Counted from the stretch's first letter, positions 1-10,662 are shown. The stretch: DNA of 64,000 nt from an uncultured Candidatus Rokubacteria bacterium (GCA_963789955.1 CAWBMV010000001.1:224001-288000), one strand, 5' to 3'. Numbers and translations: made by a program. The notes: generated by a model from the letters alone, not told the origin.

Positions 1-1455
1 GCGATCGCGGCCGAGCTGCCGCCGGCCTTGCCGGGCCAGCGCTGGTTCGGCGCCAAGGGCAGGGCGATCACCGGCGCGCGGCTGAGAGATGGCGCCGAGC
101 TCGGGGAGCACGCCTGGCTCGCGCTCGTCGACGTGACGTTCGCCGAGGGCCCCGACGAGTCGTACGCGATCCCGCTCGTGCTCGGGGCCGACTCGAGCGC
201 GGGGCCGAGCACCCTGTCGCTGACGCTCGAGCTGGATGGCGCGCGCGTCCGCGCGACCGATGCGTTCGATCATCCCGGCTTCTGTCTGGGGCTCCTGACC
301 GGGTTCGAGCGCCAGTCGATCCTGTCGACCGTTCGCGGCGGCTCCGTCCGCTTCGTTCGCACCGATCGCTTCCCGCCACTCGCGTCCGCGGCCTCCGTCA
401 CGCCGCGGCGATTGACCGGGGAGCAGAGCAACACCTCCGTGGTCTACGGCGACGTCCTGATCGTCAAGGCCCTGCGAAAGATCCAGCCCGGACCGAATCT
501 CGACCACGAGGTCGGCGATTTCTTGACCTTCCGCGCGGGCTTCCCGCACGTGCCGCCGCTGGCGGGCGTGCTCGAGCACGTCGCGGCGACCGGAGACGTC
601 ACGACGTTGGGTTTGCTCCAGCGCTTTGTCCCGAGCCACGGCGACGGCTGGCGCTGGGCCCTCGATCAGCTCGGGCGCCTGCGACGCGAGCAGGCAGCCG
701 AGGTGTCCGAGCAGGTGTTTCGCGATCTGTCGCGCCTGGGGGTCGTGACGGCCGCCCTGCACGGTGCGCTCGCGTCCGATGCCACCGACCCGGCGTTCGC
801 GCCCGAGCCGCTCACCGCCGCCGACGCGAACGCGTGGAGCGCGCGCGTCGTCGGCGACCTGGGCCGGACGTGTAGCGCGGTCCGCGCCCGTCTTGACGCG
901 CTGCCGCCCGAGGTCGCGGCGGATGCGCGCGCGCTTCTGGCCAGCCAGAGTGCGTTGACCGAGCGGGCGCGCGAGCTCTCCGCGCTCGGTGCGGAGCAAT
1001 GCGCCAAGATCCGCGTTCACGGCGACTACCATCTGGGTCAGACGCTCCGCACCGACGCCGGCTTCGTCATTCTCGACTTCGAGGGCGAGCCGGCGCGGTC
1101 CGTCGCCGAGCGCCGGCAAAAGCAGTGTGTGCTCGTGGACGTGGCCGGCATGCTGCGCTCGCTCGACTACGCCGTGCACACCGCGCTGTCGCCGACCGGC
1201 ACGCCGTCGGAGGCGGGCGAGCGCTGGGTCCGGCGCGCCTCGGCGTCGTTTCTGGAGGGCTATCTGGACGAGATCGCGCGCGTGCCCACGCGGCTCTTGC
1301 CGGCGTCGCCGTCGGCGTTGTCCCGGGCGCTCTCGGTCTTCGAGCTCGATCGCGCGCTCTACGAAGTCCGCTACGAGCTCGACAATCGGCCGGCCTGGCT
1401 CGGCATCCCCTTGCGCGGGCTGGCGCGACTCCTGGCTCGCGAGCGCGCGTCGTGA
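1..1455 (+). CDS. Maltokinase (Mak/Pep2-like, TreS C-terminal type), probably 5'-partial
   Basis: QRWFGAKG N-terminal motif, EQSNTSVVY, RVHGDYHLGQ, DFEGEP, DVAGMLRS, YELDNRP. The frame is open from position 1. Confidence 0.85.
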   Translation, partial: AIAAELPPALPGQRWFGAKGRAITGARLRDGAELGEHAWLALVDVTFAEGPDESYAIPLVLGADSSAGPSTLSLTLELDGARVRATDAFDHPGFCLGLLTGFERQSILSTVRGGSVRFVRTDRFPPLASAASVTPRRLTGEQSNTSVVYGDVLIVKALRKIQPGPNLDHEVGDFLTFRAGFPHVPPLAGVLEHVAATGDVTTLGLLQRFVPSHGDGWRWALDQLGRLRREQAAEVSEQVFRDLSRLGVVTAALHGALASDATDPAFAPEPLTAADANAWSARVVGDLGRTCSAVRARLDALPPEVAADARALLASQSALTERARELSALGAEQCAKIRVHGDYHLGQTLRTDAGFVILDFEGEPARSVAERRQKQCVLVDVAGMLRSLDYAVHTALSPTGTPSEAGERWVRRASASFLEGYLDEIARVPTRLLPASPSALSRALSVFELDRALYEVRYELDNRPAWLGIPLRGLARLLARERAS

Positions 1456-2738
1456 GCTCCGGGCTCCGGCACCCGGCCGCTCGGCTCGCGGTACTGATCG
1501 TCCTTCTGGCACTCGGTGGCTGCGTCGCGGGGCAGGAGAGTGGACCGGTCACGCTCGTGTTCAAGTACGCGCGCATCCTCGGCGACGCCGACCCGCTGCC
1601 CGCGCTCCTGCGCGAGTTCGAGGCGGCGCACCCGGGCGTGCGCGTCAAGGGCGAGGCGTTGCCGTGGGCGTCGGACGACCAGCACCAGTTCTACGTCATC
1701 AATCTGGAGGGCCGGAGCCCCGGGTTCGACGTCATGATGCTCGACTGCATCTGGGTGCCGGAATTCGCCCGTGCGGGGTGGCTGCTCGATCTGACGAAGT
1801 ATCTCGAGCCTGACGAGCTCGCGCCCTACTTTCCGAGCGCGGTGGCCTCGGCAAACTACGGCGGGCGCGTGTGGGCGCTGCCGTGGAACTTCAACGTCGG
1901 GCTTCTGTACTATCGCGCGGATCTGCTGGCGAAGTACGGCCTGCGGCCGCCGGAGACCTTCGAGGAGCTGGTCGAGCAGGTCCACCGCATTCGTGCCGGC
2001 GAGCGCGATCCGTCGCTCGACGGCTACGTGTGGCAGGGCAAACAGTACGAAGGGCTCGTCGTCAACGTCCTGGAGGCGTTCTGGGCGAATGGCGCCAGGC
2101 TCCTGGGCGACGACGACTCCGTGTTCCCCGATCCGGCGCGCGCCGCCGACGCGCTGCGGTTCCTTCGCGGCCTCATCGAGTCGGGCGTGAGCCCGGTGTG
2201 GACGACCGCGGCCGACGAGGAGCTTTCGCGGCGCGCGTTTGGCGACGGCCATGCGATCTTCCTGCGCAACTGGCCGTACGCGATGGATCTGTTCGAGCGC
2301 GAGGGCTCCGCGGTCCGGGGCAAGGTGGCGTTCGCCGCGGTGCCGGGTCGCGCGCGCGGCGAGCGGGGCGTCGGCTCGACCGGGGGCGCACACCTGGGCG
2401 TGTCGCACTGGAGCCGCCATCCGGATCTCGCGGTGGCGCTGGCGCGGCATCTCACCAGCGAAGCCGCGCAGCGCGCGATCGCGATCGGCGCCGCGCTCTC
2501 GCCGACGCGCCAGGCGCTCTACCGCGACCCGGAGGTCGTGCGCGGCCACCCGGCCATGGCGCAGCTACAGACACTCGCGCTGGCCGGACGCCCACGCCCG
2601 GTCACGCCGTACTACCTGCTGCTGTCGGCGACGGTGCAGCCGGAGTTCTCGGCCGCGCTCGTCGGCGTGAAACGGCCCGAGCGCGCGATCGCCGACGCAG
2701 GCAAGCGACTCAACTTTTTCCTGCAGGCGATCCGATGA
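1452..2738 (+). CDS. Sugar (trehalose/maltose-type) ABC transporter substrate-binding lipoprotein
   Basis: GTG overlaps the upstream TGA. Lipobox LGGC, DCIWVPEFA, FLRNWPYA and RPVTPYY motifs, as in LpqY/TMBP-like proteins. Confidence 0.85.
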   Translation: MSSGLRHPAARLAVLIVLLALGGCVAGQESGPVTLVFKYARILGDADPLPALLREFEAAHPGVRVKGEALPWASDDQHQFYVINLEGRSPGFDVMMLDCIWVPEFARAGWLLDLTKYLEPDELAPYFPSAVASANYGGRVWALPWNFNVGLLYYRADLLAKYGLRPPETFEELVEQVHRIRAGERDPSLDGYVWQGKQYEGLVVNVLEAFWANGARLLGDDDSVFPDPARAADALRFLRGLIESGVSPVWTTAADEELSRRAFGDGHAIFLRNWPYAMDLFEREGSAVRGKVAFAAVPGRARGERGVGSTGGAHLGVSHWSRHPDLAVALARHLTSEAAQRAIAIGAALSPTRQALYRDPEVVRGHPAMAQLQTLALAGRPRPVTPYYLLLSATVQPEFSAALVGVKRPERAIADAGKRLNFFLQAIR

Positions 2739-3607
2739 CCGGCCGCGAAGCCGCCGCCCGCCGGCACGCGCTCGTGTGCGTGGCGCCGACCGTCCTGGCA
2801 CTGGGCGCGCTCACGGTCTATCCGGGCATCTGGGTGCTGTGGCTCTCGCTCCAGCGGCGCATCCCGATCTTCGACGTGTCGCGCTTCGCCGGATTCGAAA
2901 ACTACGCGTTCCTGGCCGTCGATCCGCGATTCTGGAGCGCCGCGCACACGACCGCCGTGTTCACGCTCGGGTCGGTAGCGCTCGAGGTCGTGCTCGGCGT
3001 GGCCGCGGCGCTCGCGATCAATGCGCAGCGGCGCGGCCGTCGCGTGGCCATCTCGCTGCTGCTCCTTGCGTGGGCGATGCCGGCCGTCGTGGGCGCGAAG
3101 CTCTTCGAGTGGCTCTATCATCCCGCGGCCGGGCTCATCAACGTGGCGCTCGGCCGGCACTCGATCAACTGGCTCGGCGATCCCGTCGTGGCGCTGCCGG
3201 CCGTCATCCTGGCCGACGTGTGGCGCACGATGCCGTTCGTGGCAATCCTCTGCTACGCGCGGCTCCTGGCGATTCCGGCCGACGTGTACGAGGCGGCGCA
3301 GGTCGACGGCGCCGGCCGGCTCGCGACCTTGACGCGGATCACCCTGCCGATGCTCGGGCGGATCTTGCTGCTGGCGGTCCTGTTCCGCACCCTGGACGCG
3401 CTGCGCGCCTTCGACATCATGTTCGTCCTGACCGGCGGCGGCCCGGCCGGGACGACCGAGACGCTCACGGTCTATGCGTACCGGGCGCTCTTCCAGACCC
3501 TGCAGCTGGGCTTCGGCTCGGCGGTGAGCGTGATCGTGTTCGCCCTGGTCATGACCGTCGCGTGGGCGTACTTGAGACTCCTTCGCACGGGCACGGTCGC
3601 CGCATGA
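2735..3607 (+). CDS. Carbohydrate ABC transporter permease (MalF/SugA-like)
   Basis: ATGA overlap, EAA loop YEAAQVDGA, TGGGP, multiple TM segments. Confidence 0.9.
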   Translation: MTGREAAARRHALVCVAPTVLALGALTVYPGIWVLWLSLQRRIPIFDVSRFAGFENYAFLAVDPRFWSAAHTTAVFTLGSVALEVVLGVAAALAINAQRRGRRVAISLLLLAWAMPAVVGAKLFEWLYHPAAGLINVALGRHSINWLGDPVVALPAVILADVWRTMPFVAILCYARLLAIPADVYEAAQVDGAGRLATLTRITLPMLGRILLLAVLFRTLDALRAFDIMFVLTGGGPAGTTETLTVYAYRALFQTLQLGFGSAVSVIVFALVMTVAWAYLRLLRTGTVAA

Positions 3608-4425
3608 GAGCCCGCATGCGAACACTCGCCGACGTCGCGGTGGTGCTGGCGCTCGCCGCGTACGCGATCCCGTTCTTCTGGCAGCTCCTGACGTCGTTCA
3701 AGCCCGAGGCCGAGCTGCTCCGCGTGCCGCCGCTCCTGCCGAGCCGGCTGACGTTGGCCCACTACGACGTCGTGATCTCGCAGAGCCTGATACCGCGGGC
3801 GCTCGGCAACAGCCTGGGGATCGCCACGCTCACCACGCTCGTGTCGCTCGCCGCCGGGGTGCCGGCCGCGTACGCGGTCGCGCGGCTTCCGCTGCCGGGC
3901 AAGCGCCTCCTGCTGCTGGCGATCGTCGCGAGCACGGCGTTTCCCCAGATCGCGACGGTGAGCCCGCTCTATCTCCTGATGCGGGCACTCGAGCTGCGCG
4001 ACACGTGGGCCGGGCTGGTGCTCGTGCACGCCTCGTTCGCGCTGCCGCTGACCATCTGGCTGCTCGCCGGATTCGTGCGCGAGATCCCGATCGAGGCCGA
4101 GGAGGCCGCGTCCGTCGACGGTGCGGGGCTCGTCGCCATGCTCCGCTGGGTCCTGCTTCCGCTGCTGGCGCCCGGCCTGGCCTCGACGGCGTTGCTGACG
4201 TTCCTCTTCAGCTGGAACGAGTTTCTCTTCGCCTACACGTTCACGGTTTCGGAAGCGAGCCGGACGATTCCGGTCGCGCTGGCGTTGTTCCCCGGCGTCT
4301 TCGAGGTGCCGTGGGGCGACATCGCGGCGGCGTCGATGCTCGCGAGCCTTCCACCCGTCGTGATCGTCATCGCGCTGCAGCGTTTCCTGGTCCAGGGCCT
4401 GGTCGCCGGCGCGGTGAAGGAGTGA
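3604..4425 (+). CDS. Carbohydrate ABC transporter permease (MalG/SugB-like)
   Basis: EEAASVDGA, FSWNEFLFA, QRFLVQGL. Confidence 0.9.
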   Translation: MRARMRTLADVAVVLALAAYAIPFFWQLLTSFKPEAELLRVPPLLPSRLTLAHYDVVISQSLIPRALGNSLGIATLTTLVSLAAGVPAAYAVARLPLPGKRLLLLAIVASTAFPQIATVSPLYLLMRALELRDTWAGLVLVHASFALPLTIWLLAGFVREIPIEAEEAASVDGAGLVAMLRWVLLPLLAPGLASTALLTFLFSWNEFLFAYTFTVSEASRTIPVALALFPGVFEVPWGDIAAASMLASLPPVVIVIALQRFLVQGLVAGAVKE

Positions 4426-4448
4426 GCTAGTATGAGGAGGGGACGACC

Positions 4449-5156
4449 ATGACCGACTTCTGGCGCGACCTCGTTCTGACCGCGATGCACAACATGGGCG
4501 TCACCCTCGGCACCGTGCTGCCGAGCATCCTCGCCATGCTCACGCTGGTAGCGCTCGGCGCCCTGCTGGGGTGGATCGCCGGCACGCTCGTCGGTCGGCT
4601 CGCGCAGGCGCTCCACCTCGACCAGCGGAGCCGCACGTGGGGTATCACGTCCGCCCTCGCGCGCGCCGGCATCTACCGGCCGCCATCCCAGGCGCTGCGG
4701 CTCGTCGCGTTCTGGGGCATCTTCGTGATCTTCGCGACGATGGGCATCGACGCCCTGGCGATCCCCGGCGCCCCCGGTGCGACCAGCATGCTCCTGAGCT
4801 TCCTGCCGCGCCTGCTGTCCGCGCTCCTGATCCTGGTGGTCGGCTGGCTTGCCGCGAACTTCCTCGGGCAGGCAGTGCTGATCACCGCGGTCAACGCCGG
4901 CATCGTCCAGGCGCGGCTTCTGGCGCGCACCACCCGGTCGGTCGTGCTCCTCTTCGCCGTCGCCACGGCGCTCGTCGAGATCGGCATCGGCCGCGACATG
5001 GTGCTGATCGCGTTCGGCGTGCTGTTCGGCGGGCTCGTGCTGGCGCTGGCGCTCGCCTTCGGGCTCGGCGGCCGCCATCTCGCGCGCGAGATCCTCGAGC
5101 GCAGCCGGCGCCGCGAGCGCGAGCCGGCGGCGCAGGATTCGATCACGCACCTGTAG
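4449..5156 (+). CDS. Membrane protein with TM_helix repeats (mechanosensitive channel-associated, CmpX-like)
   Basis: RBS GAGGAGG; FLPRLLSALLILVVG and ALAFGLGGR patterns. Confidence 0.7.
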   Translation: MTDFWRDLVLTAMHNMGVTLGTVLPSILAMLTLVALGALLGWIAGTLVGRLAQALHLDQRSRTWGITSALARAGIYRPPSQALRLVAFWGIFVIFATMGIDALAIPGAPGATSMLLSFLPRLLSALLILVVGWLAANFLGQAVLITAVNAGIVQARLLARTTRSVVLLFAVATALVEIGIGRDMVLIAFGVLFGGLVLALALAFGLGGRHLAREILERSRRREREPAAQDSITHL

Positions 5157-5224
5157 ACTCCTTCAGGCGCGGGCCGTCGAGATAGGCTGCCGGGCCGTGC
5201 GCTCGGGCCAGCTAGACTTTTTCA

Positions 5225-6367
5225 GTGGCGACCCTGGCCGACGCCCACCGGTTCCCCACCGCGATTCCCGTCATCGTCGCCAATTGCGTGCCGATCGTCG
5301 GCGTCCTGGCGTTCGGATGGGATCTCCGGTCCATCATGTTCGTCTACTGGCTCGAGACCGCCGTGGTCGTGTTCTACAGTGTCCTGAAGGTCGTCACGGT
5401 CGGCGGGCCGATCACGTTGCTGTGGATGCCCGGGCACCTCGCCTTCTTCGGCGTGTTCATGAGCTTTCATCTCATGATGATTCTCGCGCTGGGCCCGACG
5501 CCCGGTGGCGGGTTCTTCCCGCCCGACATCATCCGCGAGCTGTTCCGCCGAACCTGGAGCGCCGGCATCGGCCTGGTCGTGAGTCACGGGATCTCGTTCG
5601 TGGTGAACTTTCTGGGGAACGGCGAGTACCGGCACACGACCGTCAACGAGCAGGTCGCCGCGCCGTGGAAGCGCGTGCTGATCATGCATGCCACGATGCT
5701 CGTCGGCGCGTGGTCGGTCATGCTGTTCGAGGCGCCCGTGGGGGCGCTCGTCATGCTGGCGGTGCTGAAAATCGTCGTCGACTTGCATGGGCACCTGCGG
5801 GAGCGTCCGGTGACCTCCGAGGCGGAGCCGTCTCGCTCCGCCCCGGTCCCCGCGACGACGATCGAGGGTGTGCTCGGCCTGTTCGGCGCCTTTCTCGTCT
5901 TCTGCGGCGTGGTACTGGCGGCCGGCAGCGGGGGACAGGTCTTTCGCGCATCGCGAATCAGATCCCAGTGGCCGACCGTGAACGCCGAGGTGGTCGACTG
6001 CCGTGTCCGTGAAGCGGTCGACCGGGCGCCCAACGTCTCGTACGTGCTTCGCTGCCGCTTCCGCTACGACGTCGCCGGGGTCCAGCACGTGGCGGCCTTC
6101 TCCACGCGCCGCACGAGCGATCAGGAGACCGTCGCCGAGATGCGGCGCTGGGTCGCACAGCATCGAAGCGGCACCATGCAGCCGATCCACTATGACGTGC
6201 TGGCCCCGAACCGGATCAGCCTCGGTGAGCTCGGCGAGACCATCGACCCGCCGCTCGTCGGTCAGACCTTGACGGCGGCCGGGGGTTTCGCCGGGGCGGG
6301 CGCTCTCCTTTTGGTGATCGCCCGATGGCGATCGCGCCGATCGCTCGCGCGCCAGGCGGTCGCGTAG
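5225..6367 (+). CDS. Membrane protein: DUF6498-like N-terminal domain plus DUF3592-like C-terminal domain
   Basis: AN.VP..GVL.FGW..YWLE, PWKRVLIMH and K..VDL..HL.E (DUF6498-like). WPTV.AEV and FRYDVAG with a flanking TM (DUF3592-like). Confidence 0.6.
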   Translation: MATLADAHRFPTAIPVIVANCVPIVGVLAFGWDLRSIMFVYWLETAVVVFYSVLKVVTVGGPITLLWMPGHLAFFGVFMSFHLMMILALGPTPGGGFFPPDIIRELFRRTWSAGIGLVVSHGISFVVNFLGNGEYRHTTVNEQVAAPWKRVLIMHATMLVGAWSVMLFEAPVGALVMLAVLKIVVDLHGHLRERPVTSEAEPSRSAPVPATTIEGVLGLFGAFLVFCGVVLAAGSGGQVFRASRIRSQWPTVNAEVVDCRVREAVDRAPNVSYVLRCRFRYDVAGVQHVAAFSTRRTSDQETVAEMRRWVAQHRSGTMQPIHYDVLAPNRISLGELGETIDPPLVGQTLTAAGGFAGAGALLLVIARWRSRRSLARQAVA

Positions 6368-6463
6368 CGAAGTCACTCGAACGGCCGGCCGTTCCCGCGG
6401 GTCGTGGGCCCGTGCTCGTGTGGTGGGGCCGTGCTATGGTGGCTCCGGAGGTTCCGGGCGAAC

Positions 6464-7084
6464 GTGAGCGGCGCACTGATTACGTTCGAGGGCGTCGAAG
6501 GGTCGGGCAAGACGACCCAGATGATGCGGCTCGGGCGATGGCTTCGTCGGCAGGGGCGGAAGGTGGAGCACACGCGCGAGCCGGACGGGACTCGGCTCGG
6601 CGTCGCGGTGCGCGGCCTCTTCAAGCGTCCGGGCATGCAGCCGAAGCCGCTGGTCGAAGTGTTCCTCTTCATGGCCGCGCGTCAGCAGCACGTGGCCGAG
6701 AAGATCCGGCCGTGGCTCGAGCGCGACCGCGTCGTGCTCTGCGATCGCTATGCGGACGCGACGGTCGCCTATCAGGGCTACGGTCGCGGCGTCGATCGCG
6801 ATCTGATCCGTGAGCTGAATGCTCGCGCGACGAGCGGCGTCATGCCCGACCTCACCCTGCTGTTCGATCTCGATCCCGCCGAGGGACTTCGACGAATCCG
6901 CGGGCGGCGTCTGGACAACTTCGAGCGCGAGAAGCTCGTCTTCCATCGGCGCGTGCGCCAGGGGTATCTCGAAATCCTCCGCGCCGAGCCCAAGCGTGTG
7001 CGGTTGATCCGCGCGGCGCAGCCGCCGGACGTCGTTGAACGCGACGTGCGGGCGATCGTCGAGGAGTTCTTCCGTGGCGCTTGA
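6464..7084 (+). CDS. tmk: Thymidylate kinase
   Basis: ITFEGVEGSGKTTQ P-loop, TREP, CDRY, AYQGYGR. Confidence 0.95.
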   Translation: MSGALITFEGVEGSGKTTQMMRLGRWLRRQGRKVEHTREPDGTRLGVAVRGLFKRPGMQPKPLVEVFLFMAARQQHVAEKIRPWLERDRVVLCDRYADATVAYQGYGRGVDRDLIRELNARATSGVMPDLTLLFDLDPAEGLRRIRGRRLDNFEREKLVFHRRVRQGYLEILRAEPKRVRLIRAAQPPDVVERDVRAIVEEFFRGA

Positions 7085-7916
7085 GCGGGTCCTCGACCAG
7101 CCGCGGGCGGTGGATCTGCTTCGCCGCGCGCTGGCGAGCGACCGAGTCGCCCACGCCTACGCCTTCATCGGTCCCACCGGCGCCGGCCGGATGACGACGG
7201 CGCTCGCGTTCGCCGAGGAGCTTCTGGCCAGCCCGGCGCGGCTGCATCCCGACCTGCACGTGATCGTGCCGACGCCGCCCGAATCGAATCCGCGCGGAGC
7301 CCGCGCGATCCGGATCGGCGCGGTCCGCGAGCTCGAGCGGCAGGCCTCGCTCCGGCCCGCGATGGCGCGCCGCAAGGTGTTCATCCTGGACGAAGCCGAG
7401 CGGATGACCGACGACACGCCGCAGGCGTTCCTGAAGACCCTGGAAGAGCCGCCCGCCGCGACCGTGATCATCCTGATCCTGCCGCGGGCGCGGGCGGTCC
7501 CGGCCACCTTGCTCTCGCGCTGCCAGATCGTCCGCTTCGGGGCGCGCGCCGACGCCGGCTCCAATGCGGCTCGGGCGCAGGCGCTCGAGCTCCTCGCCGA
7601 GGTGAAGGCCCAGGGTGTCGACGCGCTGTTCCGCCGCACCGATCGTCTGGAGCGCGAGAAGGCGGAAGGCCTGGTCGACGCCTACTGGCTCTACTGCCGC
7701 GATCTGCTCCTGGCCAAGTCGGGCGCGCCGAACGGTCTGTTGATCGACACCGACCGCGCCGACGAGCTCGCGCGTGAAGCCGAGGGCTGGACCATCGATC
7801 AGATCGTCTCGGCGGTCGACGTCTGCCGGCAGGCGCGCGAGGCGCTGCTGCGCAACGTCGCCCCGCGCCTCACCCTCGAAATCGTATTGAGCCGGCTCGC
7901 CCTGCGGGCGGCATAG
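7074..7916 (+). CDS. holB: DNA polymerase III delta' subunit
   Basis: HAYAFIG, HPDL, AFLKTLEEP, TLLSRCQ; follows tmk. Confidence 0.9.
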   Translation: MALERVLDQPRAVDLLRRALASDRVAHAYAFIGPTGAGRMTTALAFAEELLASPARLHPDLHVIVPTPPESNPRGARAIRIGAVRELERQASLRPAMARRKVFILDEAERMTDDTPQAFLKTLEEPPAATVIILILPRARAVPATLLSRCQIVRFGARADAGSNAARAQALELLAEVKAQGVDALFRRTDRLEREKAEGLVDAYWLYCRDLLLAKSGAPNGLLIDTDRADELAREAEGWTIDQIVSAVDVCRQAREALLRNVAPRLTLEIVLSRLALRAA

Positions 7917-7927
7917 GATAGAGGACC

Positions 7928-8776
7928 ATGGACGAATATCTGATTGGCGTCCGGCTTCGCCCGACGGCCCAGGCCGACGACTATCGGGTCGGCGATCTCG
8001 AGCTCCACGTCGGCGATCTGGTGCTCGTCGAGACGGCGAACGAGACGGTGATCGGCGAGATTCGCCGGCCCCGGCGCGAGATCCCCGAGGCGAAGAAGGA
8101 CCGCGCGTACCCTCGCGTGCTGCGCCTGGCGACCGACGAGGAAGCACGCGCCTATCGTGAACGCCGGGTGCGCGAGGAGCGCGCGATCGAGACCTGCCAG
8201 CGGGTCGCGCGCAGCCGGGGTCTGGTGATGAAGGTGGTCGACGTCGAGATGCACCCGGTGGCGCGCCGGACGACCGTGTACTTCAACGCCGAGGAGCGCA
8301 TCGACTTCCGTGACCTGGTGCGTGATCTCGCGCGCGAGCTGCGCTCGCGGGTCGAGATGCGCCAGATCGGCGCGCGGGACACCACGAAAGTCCTGGACGG
8401 CATCGGACCGTGCGGGCGCCAGCTCTGCTGCACCTCGCACCTGCGGCGCTTCGATCCGATCTCGGTGAAGATGGCCAAGGCGCAGGACATGCCGCTGACC
8501 GACAACCGGCTGCTGGGCAACTGCGGCCGGCTCAAGTGCTGCCTGCTCTACGAGTTCTCGACCTACGAGGAGCTCCGGTCGCGGCTGCCGCGCGTGAACT
8601 CGCCCTGCGAGGCCAACTGCGGCACGAAGGGCTGCATGACGGGCAAGGTGCGGTCGATCCGCGTCCTCAAGCAGAGCGTCGTGGTCGGCTTTCCCGACGG
8701 GACGCAGGCCGAGGTGCCGATCGATCTCGTCACCTGGGAAGGGCGGGCGCACATCAAAGCCCAGCTCGAGCCGTGA
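7928..8776 (+). CDS. ricT: PSP1/YaaT/RicT family Fe-S regulatory protein
   Basis: IDFRDLVRDL, RQIGARD, GPCGRQLCC, GNCGRLKCCL; conserved synteny. Confidence 0.9.
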   Translation: MDEYLIGVRLRPTAQADDYRVGDLELHVGDLVLVETANETVIGEIRRPRREIPEAKKDRAYPRVLRLATDEEARAYRERRVREERAIETCQRVARSRGLVMKVVDVEMHPVARRTTVYFNAEERIDFRDLVRDLARELRSRVEMRQIGARDTTKVLDGIGPCGRQLCCTSHLRRFDPISVKMAKAQDMPLTDNRLLGNCGRLKCCLLYEFSTYEELRSRLPRVNSPCEANCGTKGCMTGKVRSIRVLKQSVVVGFPDGTQAEVPIDLVTWEGRAHIKAQLEP

Positions 8777-10662
8777 CCGCGTTCTACCTGACGACGCCGA
8801 TCTACTACGTGAACGATCGCCCCCACCTGGGGCACGCCTACTCGACGATCGTCGCCGACGCGATGGCGCGCTACCGGCGGATCGCGGGCGACGACGTCTG
8901 GTTTCTGACCGGTACCGACGAGCACGGCGACAAGATCGCGCAGGCCGCGGCCAAGGCCGGCGTGACGCCGCAGGCGATGGCCGATCAGAACTCCGCCGCG
9001 TTCCGCTCGACCTGGCAGGCGCTCGGCATCCAGTACAACGACTACATCCGGACGACCGAGGCGCGCCACCAGAAGGTCGTCCAGGCGATTCTCCAGAAGC
9101 TCTGGGACGCCGGCGAGATCTATCTCGGCAAGTACGGCGGCCACTACTGCTACGGCTGCGAGCGGTTCTACACCGAGAAGGAGATCGTCGACGGCAAGTG
9201 CCCCGATCACCTGACGCCGCTCACGTGGGTCGAGGAAGAGAACTACTTCTTCAAGATGTCGAAGTACCAGAGCTGGCTGATCGACCACATCGAGCGCAAT
9301 CCCGACTTCGTGCGGCCCGAGCGCTATCGCAACGAGGTGCTCGGCTTTCTGCGCGATCCGCTGACCGATCTCTCGATCAGCCGCCCGCGCCGCCGGCTCG
9401 AGTGGGGCATCCCGCTGCCGTTCGACGACAAGTACGTCACCTACGTCTGGTTCGACGCGCTGATCAACTACGTGTCGGCGCTCGGCGGCCCGGGCGATCC
9501 CCGCTTCGAGAAGTTCTGGCCGCACGTCCAGCACGTGATCGGCAAGGACATCGTGAAGCCGCACGCGATCTACTGGCCGTGCATGCTGAAGGCGGCCGGC
9601 ATCGCGCTGTACCGGCACCTCAACGTCCACGGCTACTGGACGCTCGGCGGCCACAAGATCTCCAAGTCCGTCGGCAATCTCGTCGAGGCGCTGGCGTTCA
9701 AGGAGAAGTACGGCAACGACGCCTTCCGCTACTTCGTCCTGCGCGAGATGGTGTTCGGGCTCGACGCCGACTTCTCCGAGGAGGCGTTCGTCGGCCGGCT
9801 CAACGCCGATCTGGCGAACGATCTCGGCAACCTGGTCTCGCGCGCGACGACGTTGATCGTGAACCTCGGCCAGGGCGTGGTACCCGACCGCGCGACCGCG
9901 ACGGCCGTCGAGGACGCCGTGGGCGCGGCCTTCGCCAAGGCCAAAGCCGACGTCGCGACCGCGATGGACGAGTTCGCGTTCCATCGCGCGCTGGCGGCGA
10001 TCTGGGAGTTCGTCGGCGTCGTGAACCGCTACGTCGACACGACCCAGCCGTGGGCGCTCGCCAAGGATCCCGGCAAGAAGGATCGGCTCGACGCGGCGCT
10101 TTCCACCCTGGCCGAGTCGCTGAGGCTCCTCGGGATCGTGCTGACGCCGTTCCTGCCCGACGCGGCCGCGAAAATCCGTGGTGCACTCGGCCGGAGCGGT
10201 GAGCCGAAGCTCGCCGACGCGGTCTGGGGACAGTTCGCCACCGGCGCGCCGGTGCAGAAGGTCTCAGGGCTCTTCCCGCGCATCGACGACAAGAAGGCGC
10301 CGGCTGCCGCGGCGGCCACCGCCACCGCGGACGCGACGTCGCGCATCAAGATCGACGAGTTCGGCAAGGTCGAGCTGCGCGTCGCCGAGGTGATCGCCGC
10401 CGAGCCGCTGCCCAAGTCGAAGAAGCTCCTGAAGCTCACGGTGTCGCTCGGCCAGGAGCAGCGCACCGTGGTCGCGGGGATCGCCGAGCACTACGCGCCG
10501 GCCGAGATCGTGGGCAAGAAGGTCGTCATCGTGGCGAATCTCGAGGCGGCGAAGCTGATGGGCGTCGAGTCGAACGGCATGGTGCTGGCCGCCTCCGCCG
10601 GCGGCAAGCTCTCCGTCCTCACGCTCGACCGCGATCTGCCGCCCGGAGCGAAGGTCACGTGA
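8773..10662 (+). CDS. metG: Methionine--tRNA ligase with C-terminal tRNA-binding domain
   Basis: YLTTPIYYVN..PHLGH, GTDEHG, YVWFDAL, KISKS, C-terminal OB fold (GVESNGM). Confidence 0.97.
   Translation: MTAFYLTTPIYYVNDRPHLGHAYSTIVADAMARYRRIAGDDVWFLTGTDEHGDKIAQAAAKAGVTPQAMADQNSAAFRSTWQALGIQYNDYIRTTEARHQKVVQAILQKLWDAGEIYLGKYGGHYCYGCERFYTEKEIVDGKCPDHLTPLTWVEEENYFFKMSKYQSWLIDHIERNPDFVRPERYRNEVLGFLRDPLTDLSISRPRRRLEWGIPLPFDDKYVTYVWFDALINYVSALGGPGDPRFEKFWPHVQHVIGKDIVKPHAIYWPCMLKAAGIALYRHLNVHGYWTLGGHKISKSVGNLVEALAFKEKYGNDAFRYFVLREMVFGLDADFSEEAFVGRLNADLANDLGNLVSRATTLIVNLGQGVVPDRATATAVEDAVGAAFAKAKADVATAMDEFAFHRALAAIWEFVGVVNRYVDTTQPWALAKDPGKKDRLDAALSTLAESLRLLGIVLTPFLPDAAAKIRGALGRSGEPKLADAVWGQFATGAPVQKVSGLFPRIDDKKAPAAAAATATADATSRIKIDEFGKVELRVAEVIAAEPLPKSKKLLKLTVSLGQEQRTVVAGIAEHYAPAEIVGKKVVIVANLEAAKLMGVESNGMVLAASAGGKLSVLTLDRDLPPGAKVT

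Noticed and set aside
9655..9669. KISKS instead of KMSKS in MetG
   Set aside because: A common natural variant of the motif.
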